47,460 nt of DNA, from assembly GCA_036745175.1 (NCBI GenBank), contig DAIOGQ010000001.1, positions 1-47,460 on the forward strand, read 5' to 3'. The notes under the pieces were generated by a model, which had not been told where the DNA came from, made no database searches, and saw only the letters and a program-made list of their open reading frames with translations. Below, piece by piece: positions 44,976 to 47,460 of the stretch. Origin of the DNA: Kineosporiaceae bacterium (GTDB taxonomy: Bacteria; Actinomycetota; Actinomycetes; Actinomycetales; Kineosporiaceae). The translations under genes and the position numbers were made by a program. Every line of letters starts with the position of its first letter. Within the stretch, counting starts at the first letter, position 1.

Positions 44976-47261
44976 TCAGGACACGCGCGGCCCCGGGGCG
45001 AGGCCGAGGGCGGCGAGGCGGGCGACGACCTGGTCGGGCGTGCAGGCGTAACGCTCGGCGAGCACGTCGACGCCGCGGTCGGCCTCGACCGCGGCGCGCA
45101 GGCCGGCGTCCTCCTCGGGGGTCCAGGCGCGGCCGGCGCTGATCCCCGAGCGGGTCGCCGGCGGGGTCGGGGCCCGGCGGGCCCTGCCGGACGCCTTCGC
45201 GCGGTCGACCGGGTCGGCGACCGGGACCACCTCGGGCGCCGTGGTGCCGATCCGGCGCAACGACTCCAGGACGACCTCCCGGTCGGTCGTCGGCCAGAAC
45301 GGCGGCAGCGACGCCCGCAGGAAGCCGCCGTACCGCGCCGTCGCGAGCCGGCTGTCGAGGACGGCGACGACGCCGCGGTCGGCCGAGGTCCGGATCAGCC
45401 GGCCGACGCCCTGGGCCAGCCGCAGCCCGGCGTGGGTCGCGGCGACGCTCATGAAGCCGTTCCCGCCGGCCCGCGCGACGGCCTGGCTGCGAGCCGCGGA
45501 GAGCGGGTCGTCGGGTCGCGGGAACGGGATGCGGTCGATGACGACGAGCTGGCAGGCGCTGCCCGGCACGTCGACGCCCTGCCACAGCGAGAGGGTCCCG
45601 AACAGGCAGGTCGGCGCGTCCCGGGCGAACGCCCGGACGAGCGTCGGCGTCGCGTCGTCGCCCTGGCACAGGATCGGCACGTCGAGCCGCTCGCGGAGCT
45701 CCTGCGCGGCGTACTCGGCGGCGCGCCGCGACGAGAAGAGCCCGAGCGTCCGGCCGCCTGCCGCCTCGACGAGCGCGGCGAGCTCGTCCAGGGCGGCCCC
45801 CGCCATTCCGTCCCGCCCCGGGGCCGCGAGGTGCTTGGCGACGTAGAGGATGCCCTGCCTCGGGTAGTCGAAGGGGCTGCCGACGTCCAGCCCGCGCCAC
45901 GCGGGCGCACCGTCGCCGAGCAGCCCGACGCTGCCGGCGACCGCGTCGAACGAACCGCCGAGGGTGAGCGTCGCCGACGTGAGGACGATCGTCCGCTCGC
46001 CGAAGAGCCGCTCGCGCAGGAGCCCGGCGACCGACAGCGGCGCGACGTGGAGGGCGACCCGGGTGGCACCGTCCTGACGCCGGACCCGCGACAGCCACAC
46101 GACGTCGGGCCCCTCGGGCCCCCCGGACCCCGACGCGAGCCGCTCGGCGACGTCGAAGACCTCCTGGACGGCGGCCCGCGCGACCTGCCGCGCCCCGTCC
46201 GGTCCCGGTGTCGTCGGGTCGGACTTCAGCGCGGTGAAGACGGTCCGGGCGGCGTCGCGGACGGCGGTCACCGCGACGCCGAGGAACTCCGGCAGCGCAC
46301 CGGTCACCCGGCCCTCGGCGGTCTCCTCGAGGGCTGCCTCGAGGATCGCGGAGGCGTCGTCGAGCGCCGAGGTGTCACCCGCGCCGGCCGCGCGTGCGCG
46401 CCGCGAGGCCTGCTCGATCGACGAGACGGTCAGCTCGTCGGTGATGACGGACGTGACCCGGTCGGACAGCTCGTGCGCCTCGTCGACGACGAGCAGGTCG
46501 TGCTCGGGCAGCATCTGGCGGCCCTCGAAGGAGTCGATCGCCACGAACGCGTGGTTGCTCACCACGACGTCGACGTCGTGCGCCCGCTCGCGCGCCGCCT
46601 CGCTGAAGCACTCCCCTGCCATCGGGCAGCGCTGGCCGCCGAGGCACTCGTGGGCGCTCACCGACACCTGCCGCCACGCCCGCTCGCTGACGCCGGGCAC
46701 GAGCTCGTCGCGGTCGCCGGACGGGGTCGACCGAGCCCACTCCCGGAGCCGGACGATCTCCCTTCCGAGCCGTGACGTCGGCGAGGCGACGACCCCGCCA
46801 CCTGCCGAGCCGGACCCGCCCGGCGCGTCGCCGTCCCCACCGGGCAGGTCGAACAGGACGTCGTCCTCGTCGGGGAAGCCGCCCTCGACCCGGTGCCGGC
46901 ACACGTAGTTGCGCCGGCCCTTGACGAGCTGCCAGGTCGGCCGCCGGCCGAGCAGCGGCGTCAGCGCCTCCGCGACGCGGGGCAGGTCGCGGTCGACGAT
47001 CTGGGCCTGGAGAGCCAGGGTCGCGGTGGAGACGACGACGGGCGCGCGGGTCTCGACGGCGTGCGCGATCGCCGGGACGAGGTAGCCCAGCGACTTCCCG
47101 GTGCCCGTGCCGGCCTGGACGAGCAGGTGCTCGCCCGACGCCGCCGCCCGCGCGACCGCCTCCGCCATCTGCTCCTGGCCCGGCCGCGGCGTCCCCCCGA
47201 CGGCACCGACCGCGGCCGCGAGCAGCGCGGCGGTCGTGGCGGACGTGGTCGTGTCGGGCAC
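44976..47261 (-). CDS. dinG: DinG/YoaA family ATP-dependent DNA helicase with C-terminal extension
   Basis: RPGQ Q-motif, QAGTGTGKS, KGRRNYVC, Fe-S cysteines (EC...CP...C), DEAH, TSATL, GSPFDY, WQGVDVPG, QGVGRLIR; TAACCT -10 hexamer 6 nt before the GTG. Confidence 0.95.
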   Translation of the reverse strand: MPDTTTSATTAALLAAAVGAVGGTPRPGQEQMAEAVARAAASGEHLLVQAGTGTGKSLGYLVPAIAHAVETRAPVVVSTATLALQAQIVDRDLPRVAEALTPLLGRRPTWQLVKGRRNYVCRHRVEGGFPDEDDVLFDLPGGDGDAPGGSGSAGGGVVASPTSRLGREIVRLREWARSTPSGDRDELVPGVSERAWRQVSVSAHECLGGQRCPMAGECFSEAARERAHDVDVVVSNHAFVAIDSFEGRQMLPEHDLLVVDEAHELSDRVTSVITDELTVSSIEQASRRARAAGAGDTSALDDASAILEAALEETAEGRVTGALPEFLGVAVTAVRDAARTVFTALKSDPTTPGPDGARQVARAAVQEVFDVAERLASGSGGPEGPDVVWLSRVRRQDGATRVALHVAPLSVAGLLRERLFGERTIVLTSATLTLGGSFDAVAGSVGLLGDGAPAWRGLDVGSPFDYPRQGILYVAKHLAAPGRDGMAGAALDELAALVEAAGGRTLGLFSSRRAAEYAAQELRERLDVPILCQGDDATPTLVRAFARDAPTCLFGTLSLWQGVDVPGSACQLVVIDRIPFPRPDDPLSAARSQAVARAGGNGFMSVAATHAGLRLAQGVGRLIRTSADRGVVAVLDSRLATARYGGFLRASLPPFWPTTDREVVLESLRRIGTTAPEVVPVADPVDRAKASGRARRAPTPPATRSGISAGRAWTPEEDAGLRAAVEADRGVDVLAERYACTPDQVVARLAALGLAPGPRVS

Positions 47262-47280
47262 CGCTCGAGGTTAACCGGCC

Positions 47281-47306
47281 GGGCGGACCGCGGGTGCGGT
47301 CCGTCC
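47281..47306. terminator. GC-rich hairpin between the tandem repeat and the dinG promoter
   Basis: gggcggaccgc-gggt-gcggtccgtcc, 11-bp stem with one G-T. Confidence 0.5.
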
Positions 47307-47310
47307 ACAC

Positions 47311-47460
47311 CGCCACGTGCCGGCTGATGACCGCCGCTGCCGCGGCGTGCCGACTGATGACCGCCGCTGCCGCGGCGTGCCGGCTGATGACCGCCGCTGC
47401 CGCGGCGTGCCGGCTGATGACCGCCGCTGCCGCGGCGTGCCGACTGATGACCGCCGCTGC
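47311..47460. repeat. 30-bp tandem repeat (minisatellite), at least 5 copies, running off the window
   Basis: Unit cgcggcgtgccg(g/a)ctgatgaccgccgctgc at 47311, 47341, 47371, 47401, 47431; first copy differs at 2 positions; no spacers. Confidence 0.97.

Noticed and set aside
47311..47460. CRISPR array or hammerhead ribozyme (CTGATGA core)
   Set aside because: Units are contiguous with no unique spacers and there are no cas genes; the hammerhead GAAA strand is absent from the unit
1..47460. Prophage, IS element, integron or anti-phage defence island
   Set aside because: No transposase, integrase, phage structural, restriction-modification or recognisable defence genes, and no extended low-GC segment

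Overview
Very GC-rich chromosomal DNA from an actinomycete (Actinomycetota). The evidence is the lexA / LysM / nrdR-nrdJ / dinG gene order, a PAC2 proteasome-chaperone homologue, an F420 PPOX enzyme and many leaderless-type promoters. About 42 coding regions can be supported: lipid kinase, YihY, esterase, phosphotransferase, a two-component pair, ROK regulator plus BadF-type kinase, PadR, a class B-like PBP, TipA-like MerR, AlkD-like protein, lycopene cyclase, rubrerythrin-VIT1 protein, GH13 and GH63-like glucosidases, a modE-like/modABC operon and the SOS/RNR core locus. I found no rRNA, tRNA, CRISPR array, transposase, integrase or prophage gene. Clear regulatory sites include SOS boxes, tandem NrdR boxes, a ptipA-like 19-bp-spacer promoter, a PadR-type palindrome and mod-operator repeats. 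The 18-34 kb segment shows decay: a CDF gene and an ACT-domain gene with internal deletions, and an ankyrin gene with three frameshifts. I cannot point to one complete new multi-gene system. The strongest leads are: a carrier-protein-like ORF lacking the phosphopantetheine serine next to lexA; a branched REPIN/ncRNA-like element at 10.6 kb; a ROK-coupled probable pseudokinase; a DinG with a Myb/SANT-like tail; an orphan type VII-substrate-like ORF; a Cys/His domain fused to an alpha-glucosidase; and a 30-bp tandem array at the right edge. All family calls come from motif recognition by eye; no database searches were run.
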